Shown: piece after piece, positions 37,973-48,002 of the stretch | Position numbering within the stretch: the stretch's first letter is position 1 | Layout of the letters: each line of letters begins with the position of its first letter | Assembly: GCA_964631375.1 (NCBI GenBank) | Contig: CAZVYQ010000004.1 | Span: forward strand, 12,910-76,909 | From: an uncultured Lachnospiraceae bacterium | Lineage (GTDB): Bacteria > Bacillota > Clostridia > Lachnospirales > Lachnospiraceae | Direction: 5' to 3' | DNA length: 64,000 nucleotides | The notes under the pieces: generated by a model | What the model was told of the DNA's origin: nothing | Seen by the model: only the letters and a program-made list of their open reading frames with translations | Database searches by the model: none | Program-made: the position numbers and the translations under genes

Positions 37973-39259
37973 ATGTTAGACATGAAATTTGTCAGAGAAA
38001 ACCCTGACATTGTAAAGGAAAATATCAAGAAGAAATTCCAGGATGCCAAGCTTCCCATGGTGGATGAAGTCATTGATCTGGATGCTAAGAGTCGAGCTGC
38101 AAAGCAGGAGGCAGATGATCTGCGTGCAAAGCGTAATCAATTGTCCAAGCAGATCGGTGCATTGATGGCACAGGGCAAGAAGGAAGAAGCAGAGGAAATC
38201 AAACGTCAGGTAACCGCCAATGCTGCAAGACTGGCAGAGCTTGAAGCACAGGAGGCACAGCTGCAGGAGCAGGTCACCAAGATTATGATGACTCTCCCGA
38301 ATATCATTGATCCAAGTGTTCCGATTGGTAAGGATGACAGTGAAAATGTTGAGGTCACCAAGTATGGCGAGCCGGTAGTTCCTGATTTTGAGATTCCGTA
38401 TCATACAGAGATTATGGAGCGTTTTGACGGAATTGATATTGACGCAGCCGGAAAAGTAGCAGGTAATGGATTTTACTATTTAATGGGCAACATTGCCAGA
38501 TTACATTCCGCAGTGATTTCCTATGCAAGAGATTTCATGATTGACAGAGGCTTCACCTACTGTGTGCCTCCTTTTATGATCAGAAGTAATGTTGTAACAG
38601 GCGTTATGAGCTTTGCAGAGATGGATGCCATGATGTACAAGATCGAGGGAGAGGATCTCTACCTGATCGGAACCAGTGAGCATTCCATGATTGGCAAATT
38701 TATTGATACGATTTTACCGGAGGAAACACTTCCGAGAACCTTGACAAGCTATTCACCCTGCTTCAGAAAAGAAAAGGGCGCACATGGTATCGAGGAACGT
38801 GGAGTATACAGAATCCATCAGTTTGAGAAGCAGGAGATGATCGTAGTCTGCAAGCCTGAGGAAAGCCCTATGTGGTTTGACAAGCTGTGGCAGAATACAG
38901 TTGATCTGTTCCGTTCCATGGATATTCCTGTGAGAACGTTGGAGTGCTGTTCGGGAGATCTGGCAGATCTGAAGGTGAAATCCTTTGATGTGGAGGCTTG
39001 GTCGCCAAGACAGAAGAAGTATTTTGAGGTTGGCAGTTGCTCCAATCTCGGAGATGCACAGGCACGCCGCCTGAAGATTCGTGTCAACGGTGAAGACGGT
39101 AAATATTTTGCACACACACTGAACAATACCGTTGTAGCGCCACCGCGTATGTTGATTGCGTTTTTAGAGAACAATCTGAATGTGGATGGAAGTATTAATA
39201 TTCCTGAGGTACTCAGACCATATATGGGGAATCAGGAGAAGCTGGTTCCACTGCATTGA
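37973..39259 (+). CDS. serS: Seryl-tRNA synthetase
   Basis: N-terminal coiled-coil arm. Class II motifs (FRKE, RIHQFEKQE, GSCSN). 428 aa. Confidence 0.95.
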   Translation: MLDMKFVRENPDIVKENIKKKFQDAKLPMVDEVIDLDAKSRAAKQEADDLRAKRNQLSKQIGALMAQGKKEEAEEIKRQVTANAARLAELEAQEAQLQEQVTKIMMTLPNIIDPSVPIGKDDSENVEVTKYGEPVVPDFEIPYHTEIMERFDGIDIDAAGKVAGNGFYYLMGNIARLHSAVISYARDFMIDRGFTYCVPPFMIRSNVVTGVMSFAEMDAMMYKIEGEDLYLIGTSEHSMIGKFIDTILPEETLPRTLTSYSPCFRKEKGAHGIEERGVYRIHQFEKQEMIVVCKPEESPMWFDKLWQNTVDLFRSMDIPVRTLECCSGDLADLKVKSFDVEAWSPRQKKYFEVGSCSNLGDAQARRLKIRVNGEDGKYFAHTLNNTVVAPPRMLIAFLENNLNVDGSINIPEVLRPYMGNQEKLVPLH

Positions 39260-39330
39260 GAAATGTTAATTAATGGACAGAACGTGGATTCGCATATGTA
39301 GTTTGCTCTGTCCTCATCAGTTATAAATAA

Positions 39331-39365
39331 GAAAACATGGAAGATTGCCTTCCATGTTTTCTTGT
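39331..39365 (+). terminator. Terminator after serS
   Basis: gaaaacatggaag / cttccatgttttc stem followed by a T-rich tail. Confidence 0.65.
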
Positions 39366-39376
39366 GTCTTCTGTAT

Positions 39377-39400
39377 CAAAAAACCCCTCTGTAAGAGGGG
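39377..39400 (-). terminator. Terminator of the convergent minus-strand gene
   Basis: cccctct / agagggg stem with a T run on the minus strand. Confidence 0.6.
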
Positions 39401-39413
39401 CGTGATGTTTGGG

Positions 39414-40010
39414 CTAGTTTACTGCATATGAAAAAGCATACAACTTTGATTTCTGGATATTTAAGAGATTGAGAATGGCCTCGGCTACTTGACGACAAAT
39501 TCGGACGATGTATGCACAATCTTCTTCGACATTACGTTTCATAGTCAGATACTCTCGGTGTGCTCTTTCAATAAATTTAAATAATGCTTCACAGGTAGTG
39601 CAATTAATCGGTTCGGTGGGGATTTTTCCAGCCTCACCACTTCGGATATAAGAACGGAGAGAAAACTTCAATTCTTTTTCGTAGGCACAATGATCCTTGA
39701 GATTGCCATCGTAGGTGGTATTATGTGGAAAGGTAAAGTAATCTGCCATATAATGAAGAACCTGACCGAGGTCAATCGCATACTTACGTTCACTTAATTC
39801 CTTTGGATTATATCCTGTGGTCATATCTCTGATCTTATCTTCGATCATGGAAAAGGTTCCTGTAAATTCATGCTTGGTGGTTAAAAAAGATGGCTTGCAG
39901 TCCGGCAGGATGGAACCAAGACAAAATGCCTTGCGATGTCTGGATAAGGTACTTGCATCCAATGAATCAGCGAGATACATAGCTAATGAAATATGAGATT
40001 TCTTTCTCAA
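39414..40010 (-). CDS. Zinc-dependent phospholipase C-like family protein
   Basis: N-terminal HISLAMYLA...LGSILPD and an internal HYMADYFTFPH resemble this family. Weak call. Confidence 0.35.
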   Translation of the reverse strand: MRKKSHISLAMYLADSLDASTLSRHRKAFCLGSILPDCKPSFLTTKHEFTGTFSMIEDKIRDMTTGYNPKELSERKYAIDLGQVLHYMADYFTFPHNTTYDGNLKDHCAYEKELKFSLRSYIRSGEAGKIPTEPINCTTCEALFKFIERAHREYLTMKRNVEEDCAYIVRICRQVAEAILNLLNIQKSKLYAFSYAVN

Positions 40011-40179
40011 AATGGTTTCCTCTATTCTTGAAATGGCATTCTATTGATATCGTTAAAATACACTCCATGGAACACTATAATATGAAAAACATAAAAAGTC
40101 CAGTGAATATTTTGTGACGAATGTGTGAATTTTTATGTGACTAAAGTACCATAAATTTCTTTTTGTAACAAAAAGTGTT

Positions 40180-40719
40180 ATGATTCGTTTCATAGACAGA
40201 GGAGGTGAACAGAACTTGAATGATACAGATGATATACAGAAGATGTATCAAGAGTATGCGGTGCCGATTAAACGTTATGTTCTGTCACTATGCGGTAACG
40301 AGACTGTAGCAGAGGATGTCACGGCAGATACATTTTATAAGGCAATCAAGAATATCGACAGCTTTCAGAGTGGCAGGATGTTTACATGGCTCTGCACGAT
40401 CGCAAAAAATACATATCTTGATCTGATTAAGAAGAAGGAATCATCCAATCTCTCATTGACAGAGGAGATGGAGAATCAGGTGCCGGATGAACAGCTGCAG
40501 CCGGAACAGGCGATGCTTCAAAGAGAAGACAGGATGCAGCTTTACAGCATGATACAGAGATTACTGCCGGAGGAAAGGGATGTTGTTTATTTAAGGATTT
40601 TTGCAGACCTGTCCTTTCGAGAGATCGGAACTGTCATGGGGAGAAGTGAGAACTGGGCGAGAGTCATATTTTATAGAAGTAAAAACAAACTGAAGGGATG
40701 GATAGAAAATGAGGATTGA
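40180..40719 (+). CDS. ECF-type sigma-70 family sigma factor
   Basis: Region 2 (AEDVTADTFYKA) and region 4 (LSFREIGTVMGRSENWARVIFYRSKNKL). The true start may be the TTG at 40216, 9 nt after GGAGG. Confidence 0.8.
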   Translation: MIRFIDRGGEQNLNDTDDIQKMYQEYAVPIKRYVLSLCGNETVAEDVTADTFYKAIKNIDSFQSGRMFTWLCTIAKNTYLDLIKKKESSNLSLTEEMENQVPDEQLQPEQAMLQREDRMQLYSMIQRLLPEERDVVYLRIFADLSFREIGTVMGRSENWARVIFYRSKNKLKGWIENED

Positions 40720-41509
40720 ATTACCATGTGAAATAATAAAGGATTTATTACCAAACTATATCGATGGATTGGAAAGTGATGTAACAAAAACAGCGGTGGA
40801 GGAACATCTGTCTTCATGTGAGAGCTGTAGTGAGATCTGCGATGCCATGAAGAAGGGATATGACCAGAAAGCAGATGCGGAGCCGGAACAGGCAGTAAAG
40901 GAAGAAAAGGTATTGTTTCGCAAGATCAACAGGAAATTAAACCGCAAGGTGAAAATCGTGATTGCTGTCGGAGTGGCTGTTCTGTTAATAGCGGTAGGGG
41001 CATTTGAACTGCTCTTTAATGCGGTGATCAGGGAGGTGCCAAGGCAGGAGGTCGAGGTAACTGCTGAGGTCTATCCGATGGCGGAGATCGCTGCATCTGA
41101 CCAGACAATGGATGGAGTGGGATATGGAATCAACAGTGGTGGAGATGAGGTATGTGTTGTCCGCACAGGAGATGAAGCACCGGGAGAAGATGAGCCGAGT
41201 TTTACCATCAGTATCCCTGATTTTCCAGAAAGCCACATAGCAGTAACTCCCGCACTCATGGAGGAGTATGATACTTTGACAATGATCAAATGGAAGTCCC
41301 CTTATTTTCTGCGGGCAATTCTATGGGATATCAGAGAGACGGATGGGCAACGGATCATGTATATCGAGCATTATAAAACAACAATTCTAAACAGCAAAGA
41401 AGCAAACAGTGGGAGCTATACAACCTCGATTGATTTCGGAACGCTTGACAAAATTGTATATCTGGAAAAGGACGGATCAGAGACGGTGTTGTGGGAAAAC
41501 AAGGATTAA
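40709..41509 (+). CDS. Anti-sigma factor (zf-HC2 type) with one TM helix and an extracytoplasmic domain
   Basis: HLSSCESCSEICDAM motif. TM helix VKIVIAVGVAVLLIAVGAF. It overlaps the sigma gene. Confidence 0.6.
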   Translation: MRIELPCEIIKDLLPNYIDGLESDVTKTAVEEHLSSCESCSEICDAMKKGYDQKADAEPEQAVKEEKVLFRKINRKLNRKVKIVIAVGVAVLLIAVGAFELLFNAVIREVPRQEVEVTAEVYPMAEIAASDQTMDGVGYGINSGGDEVCVVRTGDEAPGEDEPSFTISIPDFPESHIAVTPALMEEYDTLTMIKWKSPYFLRAILWDIRETDGQRIMYIEHYKTTILNSKEANSGSYTTSIDFGTLDKIVYLEKDGSETVLWENKD

Positions 41510-41657
41510 GTAAGTCCGGAAACGATAGAAATGGTGTATGTGAATGATACATACATCATTTTTGTATGTAAATGTCACAATACTTGTGTGATGATTTAAT
41601 AAATGATATGATGTATCTGTCGGAAAATATTACGATATGCTAAGAAAATGAGGATGA

Positions 41658-42644
41658 ATGATGGAAAGTAATGAAAAGAGACTGGCAGTATTGATTGATT
41701 CGGAGAATGTATCATCAAAATATATCAAGTACATTTTAGATGAGATATCAAATTACGGGGTGGCTACTTATAAGAGGATTTATGGAGACTGGACCAATAA
41801 AAAAGCTCCACGGTGGGAAAAGGTGGCACTGGAGAATTCGTTGACACCGATTCAGCAATATGTTTATACAAAAGGGAAAAATGCAACTGATTCTGCTATG
41901 ATCATTGATGCGATGGATATTTTATATTCAGGAAATGTGGACGGGTTTTGTCTGGTATCCAGTGACAGCGATTTTACCAGACTTGCATCAAGACTCAGAG
42001 AATCGGGTATGCTTGTCATTGGTATGGGTGAACAGAAGACAAATGAGGCATTTATTGCATCCTGTACCTTGTTTAAGTATTTAGAGATACTGGCAGCAGA
42101 GGATACAGATGATGAGGAGGATAATGAGGAACCGGTCAAACCTGGGGCTTCTGCTACAAAGGCAGAGCCAAAAGAACCAAAGGTTAATTTTGCATCCAAG
42201 AAGGTCATAGAGGACACGATTTTAAAAATCATTGCAGACAATGATTCCAAGGACAGGATCACAACCGCTGGAGAGGTGGGAAGCAAGTTGAACAGCCGTT
42301 ATCCGGACTTTGATGTCAGAAATTATGGTTATTCTCAGCTGTCTCAATTCCTGCGAAGCTGTAAGGGGATCGAAGTCAAGCAGCAGGGTAAATCCCTGAA
42401 TGTCAGACCTGTGACCAGTCAGATTACGATCAGTGAGATCGAGGCCACTGTCAGAGAACTGGTGCAGAGCAGTAAAGAAGGCAAGGTCAACATGAGCGAA
42501 ATGAAGCGACAACTGGAGAAGAAATACAAGGGGTTCAACATCCGTGATTATAAATACAGCAAGTTTTCACAGTTTATTGAGGACATGAGTTCAGTGACTG
42601 TTAAAGAAAACCATGTTGTATCAACCGAACAATTTGTGTCATAG
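41658..42644 (+). CDS. NYN-domain (LabA-like) protein with two C-terminal OST-HTH/LOTUS domains
   Basis: NYN pattern LAVLIDSENVS...YGDWT...SSDSDFTRLA. An acidic linker. Two repeats of the GY/KYSxxSQF(L/I) LOTUS-like motif. Confidence 0.7.
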   Translation: MMESNEKRLAVLIDSENVSSKYIKYILDEISNYGVATYKRIYGDWTNKKAPRWEKVALENSLTPIQQYVYTKGKNATDSAMIIDAMDILYSGNVDGFCLVSSDSDFTRLASRLRESGMLVIGMGEQKTNEAFIASCTLFKYLEILAAEDTDDEEDNEEPVKPGASATKAEPKEPKVNFASKKVIEDTILKIIADNDSKDRITTAGEVGSKLNSRYPDFDVRNYGYSQLSQFLRSCKGIEVKQQGKSLNVRPVTSQITISEIEATVRELVQSSKEGKVNMSEMKRQLEKKYKGFNIRDYKYSKFSQFIEDMSSVTVKENHVVSTEQFVS

Positions 42645-42698
42645 TAAGTGATAATCTTATGTTTCACAAGTGATCAAAGTAAAGAGAGGAGTGTCGGT

Positions 42699-43685
42699 AT
42701 GAAAATTGGTATCTTAGGAGCAGGTGGAATCGCCGCCACCATGGCAGCTACATTACGTGGGATGAAGGCAGCCGGAGATGATGTAGAATTATATGCAATC
42801 GGAGCCAGAAACAAAGAACGTGCAGAGAAACTGGCAGTGGAGTATGGATTTGAAAAGTCCTATGGTTCTTATGAGGAATTGGTATCTGACCCTATGCTGG
42901 AGCTGGTGTATATTGCAACTCCACATTCACATCACTGTGAGCATACGAAGCTGTGCCTGGCACATGGCAAGCATGTGTTGTGTGAGAAGGCCTTTGCAGC
43001 CAATACAAAGCAGGCAGAAGAAATGATCAAGATGGCAGAGGAGAAGGGCTTGTTGTTGACAGAAGCTATCTGGACACGCTATATGCCGATGAGACAGACA
43101 ATTGATGATGTTGTGGCAAGTGGGGTGATTGGCAAGATTACTTCGCTGTCTGCTAATCTCGGATATGTAATCCATCAGGTGGAGCGTATTATGGACCCGG
43201 CTCTTGCAGGGGGTGCATTGTTGGATCTGACAGTTTATCCGATCAATTTCTCGCTGATGGTGTTTGGAGATAAAATTGCTCAGACAGATGCGATGTGTGT
43301 GAAGACACCAACCGGTGTGGATGGACAGGATACGGTTGTATTCACTTATGAGGACGGCAAAATGGCTAATCTGTATACTACAGTTTATGCGCAGACTGAC
43401 CGACGAGGAATTATCAACGGAGACAAAGGCTTTATTCAGATAGAAAACATCAATGATTATGAAGAAATCAATGTGTACGATCTGGAACGAAAGATCATAG
43501 CGACCTATCAGGCACCTGCACAGATCACCGGTTATGAGTATGAGGTGCGAGCAGCAGTCAAGGCAGTCAAGGAAGGAAAATTGGAGTGTGCAGAGATGCC
43601 GCATAGTGAGACGATCAAGGTTATGAAGATCATGGATGATATCAGAGCCGGATTTGGAATTGTTTTTCCGTTTGAAACGTGCTGA
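42699..43685 (+). CDS. Gfo/Idh/MocA-family NAD(P)-dependent oxidoreductase
   Basis: MKIGILGAGGIA Rossmann start and the EKA motif (VLCEKAF). Confidence 0.8.
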   Translation: MKIGILGAGGIAATMAATLRGMKAAGDDVELYAIGARNKERAEKLAVEYGFEKSYGSYEELVSDPMLELVYIATPHSHHCEHTKLCLAHGKHVLCEKAFAANTKQAEEMIKMAEEKGLLLTEAIWTRYMPMRQTIDDVVASGVIGKITSLSANLGYVIHQVERIMDPALAGGALLDLTVYPINFSLMVFGDKIAQTDAMCVKTPTGVDGQDTVVFTYEDGKMANLYTTVYAQTDRRGIINGDKGFIQIENINDYEEINVYDLERKIIATYQAPAQITGYEYEVRAAVKAVKEGKLECAEMPHSETIKVMKIMDDIRAGFGIVFPFETC

Positions 43686-43713
43686 GAAAGCCTATTTAGT
43701 TAAGGAGGGTACA

Positions 43714-45303
43714 ATGATACAGATCATTGTCGATCAGGTAGGTTATAAACCACAGGAAAGAAAAACTGCAGTCATCAGAGGAACCGTACCTCGGACATTT
43801 GCCGTAGAAGATATCAACAGCAAGAAGGTCATATATACAGGAGAGCTGTCAGAGCCGATTCAAAATGAACGTGCAGGCGAGACAGATTATATTGCAGATT
43901 TTTCAGATGTTAAAACTTCTGGAAGATACAGGGTACTTGCAGAGGGCTGCAGACCATCCATGGCTTTTTCAATCGGCGACAATATCTATGATGAAATGAC
44001 AAACAGTCTGTTACGATTTTTCTATCTGCAGCGATGCGGTGTAGAACTCTCTGTGCAGCTGGCAGGGGACTTTGCTCATCCGAGCTGTCATAATACGTTA
44101 GCCAGACTCTACGGAACCGATCAGAAAATGGATGTCAGAGGCGGCTGGCACGATGCAGGTGATTATGGACGGTATATTGTCGCTGCGGCGGTTGCGGTGG
44201 CGGATCTGCTGTTAGCTTATGAAAACAATCCGATGCTTTATGGACAAAACCTCAACATTCCTGAGAGTTCTGCTGCATTACCTGACATCCTGAGTGAGGT
44301 GCGTTTTGAACTGGAATGGATGCTCAAAATGCAGAATGAGCAAACTGGAGAAGTCTATCATAAGGTTACCTGTGCCGACTTTCCGGAGCTGCAGGTGATG
44401 CCCCAGGAGGAAAGAGAAGCGTTATACTTATGTCCACCATCGATCACTGCTACGGCTGATTTTGCTGCTGTGATGGCAATGGCGATGCGGTTTTATCTGG
44501 ATTATGATGAGATGTTTGCAAAAAGGTGCTTGAGGGCTTCCATCAAGGCATATGATGCAATGAAGCGTATGTTTCTGCCTGGTGGATTTGTAAATCCGAA
44601 GAATATTGTAACAGGAGAATATGGTGATCGTTCAGATGCAGACGAGCGTTACTGGGCGGCAGCACAGTTGTATCAGACAACCGGAGATGAAAGATATCAT
44701 ACAGATCTGATGAATTTATTGAAAAATGGTTTTATGCACGGATATGGCTGGATGGATGTAGGCTCTTTCGGAAACATTGCCTATCTGTCCACACATCAAT
44801 ATCCAACAGATGAGGTGCTCAAAAAGAACATGGAACATTCCATGGTGGAATTTGCCAATATGCTGACAGAGCGGATCAAGAGAGACAGCTATGGGTATTC
44901 ACTCCATGAGTTTGAATGGGGCTCCAATATGTATGTTGCCAACAATGCATGTATTTTGAATGATGCTTATAGGATTACCGGAGATGAAAAGTATCTGACG
45001 GCTGTCAGGGAACAGATCCATTATCTGCTCGGAAAGAATGCAAATGCAACCTGTTTTGTGACTGGCTTCGGAACACTTTCACCAAAGAATCCACATCACA
45101 GACCCTCAGCAGCAAGACATCGTGCTATGCGGGGGATGCTTGTCGGTGGACCGGATGAGGGCTTTCATGATGCCTGTACATTAGAAAAACTCAAGGATGT
45201 ACCACCTGCAAGGGTATATGCAGACGAGCAGGACAGTTATTCCACAAATGAAGTTACGATCTATTGGAATTCCGCATTGCTTTTGGCTCTTTCTACAATT
45301 TAG
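43714..45303 (+). CDS. Glycoside hydrolase family 9 enzyme with an N-terminal Ig-like domain and no signal peptide
   Basis: GGWHDAGDYGRY, HHRPS and NEVTIYWNSALL motifs. GGAGGG RBS before the ATG at 43714. Confidence 0.85.
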   Translation: MIQIIVDQVGYKPQERKTAVIRGTVPRTFAVEDINSKKVIYTGELSEPIQNERAGETDYIADFSDVKTSGRYRVLAEGCRPSMAFSIGDNIYDEMTNSLLRFFYLQRCGVELSVQLAGDFAHPSCHNTLARLYGTDQKMDVRGGWHDAGDYGRYIVAAAVAVADLLLAYENNPMLYGQNLNIPESSAALPDILSEVRFELEWMLKMQNEQTGEVYHKVTCADFPELQVMPQEEREALYLCPPSITATADFAAVMAMAMRFYLDYDEMFAKRCLRASIKAYDAMKRMFLPGGFVNPKNIVTGEYGDRSDADERYWAAAQLYQTTGDERYHTDLMNLLKNGFMHGYGWMDVGSFGNIAYLSTHQYPTDEVLKKNMEHSMVEFANMLTERIKRDSYGYSLHEFEWGSNMYVANNACILNDAYRITGDEKYLTAVREQIHYLLGKNANATCFVTGFGTLSPKNPHHRPSAARHRAMRGMLVGGPDEGFHDACTLEKLKDVPPARVYADEQDSYSTNEVTIYWNSALLLALSTI

Positions 45304-45306
45304 ATC

Positions 45307-45345
45307 AAAAAAGGAACTCGCATGACGGTGCGAATTCCTTTTTTA
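45307..45345. terminator. Bidirectional terminator between GH9 and rpsT
   Basis: aaggaactcgca / tgcgaattcctt stem flanked by A and T runs. Confidence 0.65.
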
Positions 45346-45364
45346 AATAGTAATGCTTCTATAA

Positions 45365-45628
45365 TTATGCCAGCTTGTTAACTGCCTTTGATAAACGAGA
45401 AACTTTTCTTGAGGATGTGCTTTTATGATATACACCCTTGGAAGTTGCTTTGTCGATTACGGAAGTTGCTTCCAGTAATGCAGCACTTGCAGCCTCTTTA
45501 TCATTTGCTTCGATTGCAGTGTAAACTTTCTTCACATAAGTTTTTACTTTAGACTTTTCTGCTTTGTTTCTTGCAGCCTTTGTCTCGTTTACAAGAATTC
45601 TCTTCTTTGCTGATTTGATATTAGCCAA
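45365..45628 (-). CDS. rpsT: 30S ribosomal protein S20
   Basis: ANIKSAKKR N-terminus. Start assigned to the TTG 9 nt after GGAGG; the ORF-track GTG directly abuts the RBS. Confidence 0.9.
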   Translation of the reverse strand: MANIKSAKKRILVNETKAARNKAEKSKVKTYVKKVYTAIEANDKEAASAALLEATSVIDKATSKGVYHKSTSSRKVSRLSKAVNKLA

Positions 45629-45812
45629 GACCCACACCTCCTATTACACAAAAATAATAGATAAAAGCGTCCCTAATCACTACAACGTAGAATTCCGGAC
45701 ACGGACGTATCTACGCGGACACTCATATAGTTTAGTAGACATTTGGGAATCTGTCAAGTATAAATCCAGAAGAATTTGCAGACAATAATGCAAAAGGAGA
45801 GGAAATGAGACG

Positions 45813-46673
45813 ATGGCTGATTTTCATGTGAGAACGGATCTGGCTTTGGAAGCGAAGGAAAGTGCTGATGAAAAAAAGGAAGATGTCAGAGGCGTGCGGG
45901 TAGAGGAATTCTATGAAGAAAGCAGTGACATCAGGATTACCAAGGTCATTATAGAGAGTAAAAACGGTGCAAAGGAGCTGGGCAAGCCGATGGGAACCTA
46001 TATTACACTGGAAGCTCCTAATATGGCTGAGCCTGATGAGGAGTATCACAGCGAGATTTCTGAAGAACTTGCAAAACACGTCAATGCTCTTTTGCCTAAG
46101 ACGGAAGGAGAAAAATCCATTCTCATCGTGGGTCTTGGGAACCGTGAGGTAACTCCGGATGCACTTGGCCCCAATGTTGTGAATAATATGATGATCACGC
46201 GGCATATCATTAAAGAGTACGGAAAAGCAGCCTATGGAAGAGAAGAGGTCAACTTGATCAGTGCGATTGTGCCGGGAGTGATGGCACAGACTGGAATGGA
46301 AGCATCTGAAATCGTAAAGGGAATCATAGATGAGACAAATCCGGATGTGGTCATTGCAATTGATGCCTTGGCAGCCCGTAGTACGAAACGTCTGAACAAG
46401 ACCATACAAGTGACAGATACAGGGATTCATCCCGGTTCCGGTGTGGGAAATCATCGCAATGCCATCACTCATGAGAGCCTGGGAGTTCCTGTGATTGCAA
46501 TTGGCGTACCGACTGTGGTAGATGCGGCAACCATTATCAGCGATGCAACTGAGCAGACCTTTCACGGTAACCGCGAACTTGGTAATTTCTATATGACTCC
46601 AAAAAATATCGATGAAACAGTTAAGCGTTTGGGCTTTACTATTTCAGAAGCTTTGAATATTGCACTTGCATAA
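45813..46673 (+). CDS. gpr: Germination protease (GPR endopeptidase)
   Basis: RTDLALEA N-terminus and GLGN.EVTPDALGP. Conserved position next to rpsT and spoIIP. Confidence 0.8.
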   Translation: MADFHVRTDLALEAKESADEKKEDVRGVRVEEFYEESSDIRITKVIIESKNGAKELGKPMGTYITLEAPNMAEPDEEYHSEISEELAKHVNALLPKTEGEKSILIVGLGNREVTPDALGPNVVNNMMITRHIIKEYGKAAYGREEVNLISAIVPGVMAQTGMEASEIVKGIIDETNPDVVIAIDALAARSTKRLNKTIQVTDTGIHPGSGVGNHRNAITHESLGVPVIAIGVPTVVDAATIISDATEQTFHGNRELGNFYMTPKNIDETVKRLGFTISEALNIALA

Positions 46674-46688
46674 AGCATATAATGATTT

Positions 46689-47957
46689 ATGGGACAAAAT
46701 AGACGTGATAGAAGAACAGGTATTATTTTGCTCTGCATCCTGATTATTTCAGGGTGCTTTTATGCGTTGTTTACTTCTTGGGAGGACACCTTTAGGGAAG
46801 TGCTGAAAAAAGAAATCAGACCTAAAATCTATCTCGAAGAGATCATACAGGAGGAAATTTTGAAAACACATATGCCCTCTATGCTCTATCTGTTAGACCG
46901 GGATGTCTCATCCATTCCACTCAAAAAGGACTCCTGTACAGCTGCAGAATATCTGTGGGAAGCAGTCATTCGCTCGGCTCCTGTACTTGCCTATGCAAGA
47001 GATGAAGGTGAGTATGAGACGCAGATTGAGGATGAACATGCATATGATGCCATACAACAGTGTGAGGGGGCAGATGAAGAAGCAGAGCGGACAGAAGAGA
47101 TTCCCATAATCATTACACCTGAGTCGGAGGTCGTGGAGCAGATCGTGGAAGAAAATACGGAATCCCATCCTGAGAAAGAACGAGAACCGTTGGTCTCTTT
47201 TTCCTTAGAAGAATTACAAGACTTTACATATCTGCTCAGCCATTTTTATACTGTGGATAAGGCAACCAGTATTGATGCAGACCGGCTGTCAGCTGCAACG
47301 ATGCTGGAACAGGATATGCATCTGGAGCCACAGACTAAGGAGGAGGATTATCAGATATTGATCTACCATACACATTCCGAAGAGGGCTATATTGACAGCA
47401 TTCCGGGTGACGAGATGACAACGGTTGTTGGAGTCGGAGCAAGACTAACCGAGTTGCTGACCGAACGAGGGTATGCTGTACTACACCATCGAGGCAAGTA
47501 TGATCTGGAGAACAGGGATTATGCATATGCCAATGCAGAGCCGGCATTGGAGCAGATTTTGGAGGAACATCCTCAGATAGAGGTCATCATTGACATCCAC
47601 CGTGACGGGGTCGCAGAGGGACGTCACCTTGTATCTGAAGTTGATGGCAGACAGATGGCACAATTCATGTTCTTTAATGGTCTTTCCTATACGACAAAGC
47701 TGGGAAATATTGAGTATCTTCCCAATGCCTATATTCGTGAGAATCTGGCGTTTGCCTTTCAGCTGCAGATGAAAAGTGCTCAGTACTACCCGAATCTCGC
47801 ACGAAAGATTTATCTGAAGGGTTATCGCTATAATATGCACTATCGACCCAGGAGCCTGTTGATCGAGGTGGGAGCTCAGACCAATACGCTTTCAGAGGCC
47901 TTGAACACCATGGAGCCGCTTGCTGACATTCTGGATATGGTCTTGTCTGGTGAATGA
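46689..47957 (+). CDS. spoIIP: Stage II sporulation protein P
   Basis: N-terminal TM helix. IYHTHSEEGY and IDIHRDG motifs. Synteny with gpr. Confidence 0.8.
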   Translation: MGQNRRDRRTGIILLCILIISGCFYALFTSWEDTFREVLKKEIRPKIYLEEIIQEEILKTHMPSMLYLLDRDVSSIPLKKDSCTAAEYLWEAVIRSAPVLAYARDEGEYETQIEDEHAYDAIQQCEGADEEAERTEEIPIIITPESEVVEQIVEENTESHPEKEREPLVSFSLEELQDFTYLLSHFYTVDKATSIDADRLSAATMLEQDMHLEPQTKEEDYQILIYHTHSEEGYIDSIPGDEMTTVVGVGARLTELLTERGYAVLHHRGKYDLENRDYAYANAEPALEQILEEHPQIEVIIDIHRDGVAEGRHLVSEVDGRQMAQFMFFNGLSYTTKLGNIEYLPNAYIRENLAFAFQLQMKSAQYYPNLARKIYLKGYRYNMHYRPRSLLIEVGAQTNTLSEALNTMEPLADILDMVLSGE

Positions 47958-48002
47958 AAAAATGATATACTTGTGATTAATTGTAATTATTGGAGGAATC
48001 CC

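Noticed and set aside
42927-43604. 225-aa minus-strand ORF inside the Gfo/Idh/MocA gene
   Set aside because: It is an antisense shadow ORF. The plus-strand frame has the Rossmann and EKA motifs, while the minus frame is Cys/His-rich and low in complexity.
45732-46565. 277-aa minus-strand ORF overlapping gpr
   Set aside because: It is antisense to a gene with clear GPR motifs and conserved synteny. The composition is Cys/His/Arg/Phe-rich and I recognised no motif.
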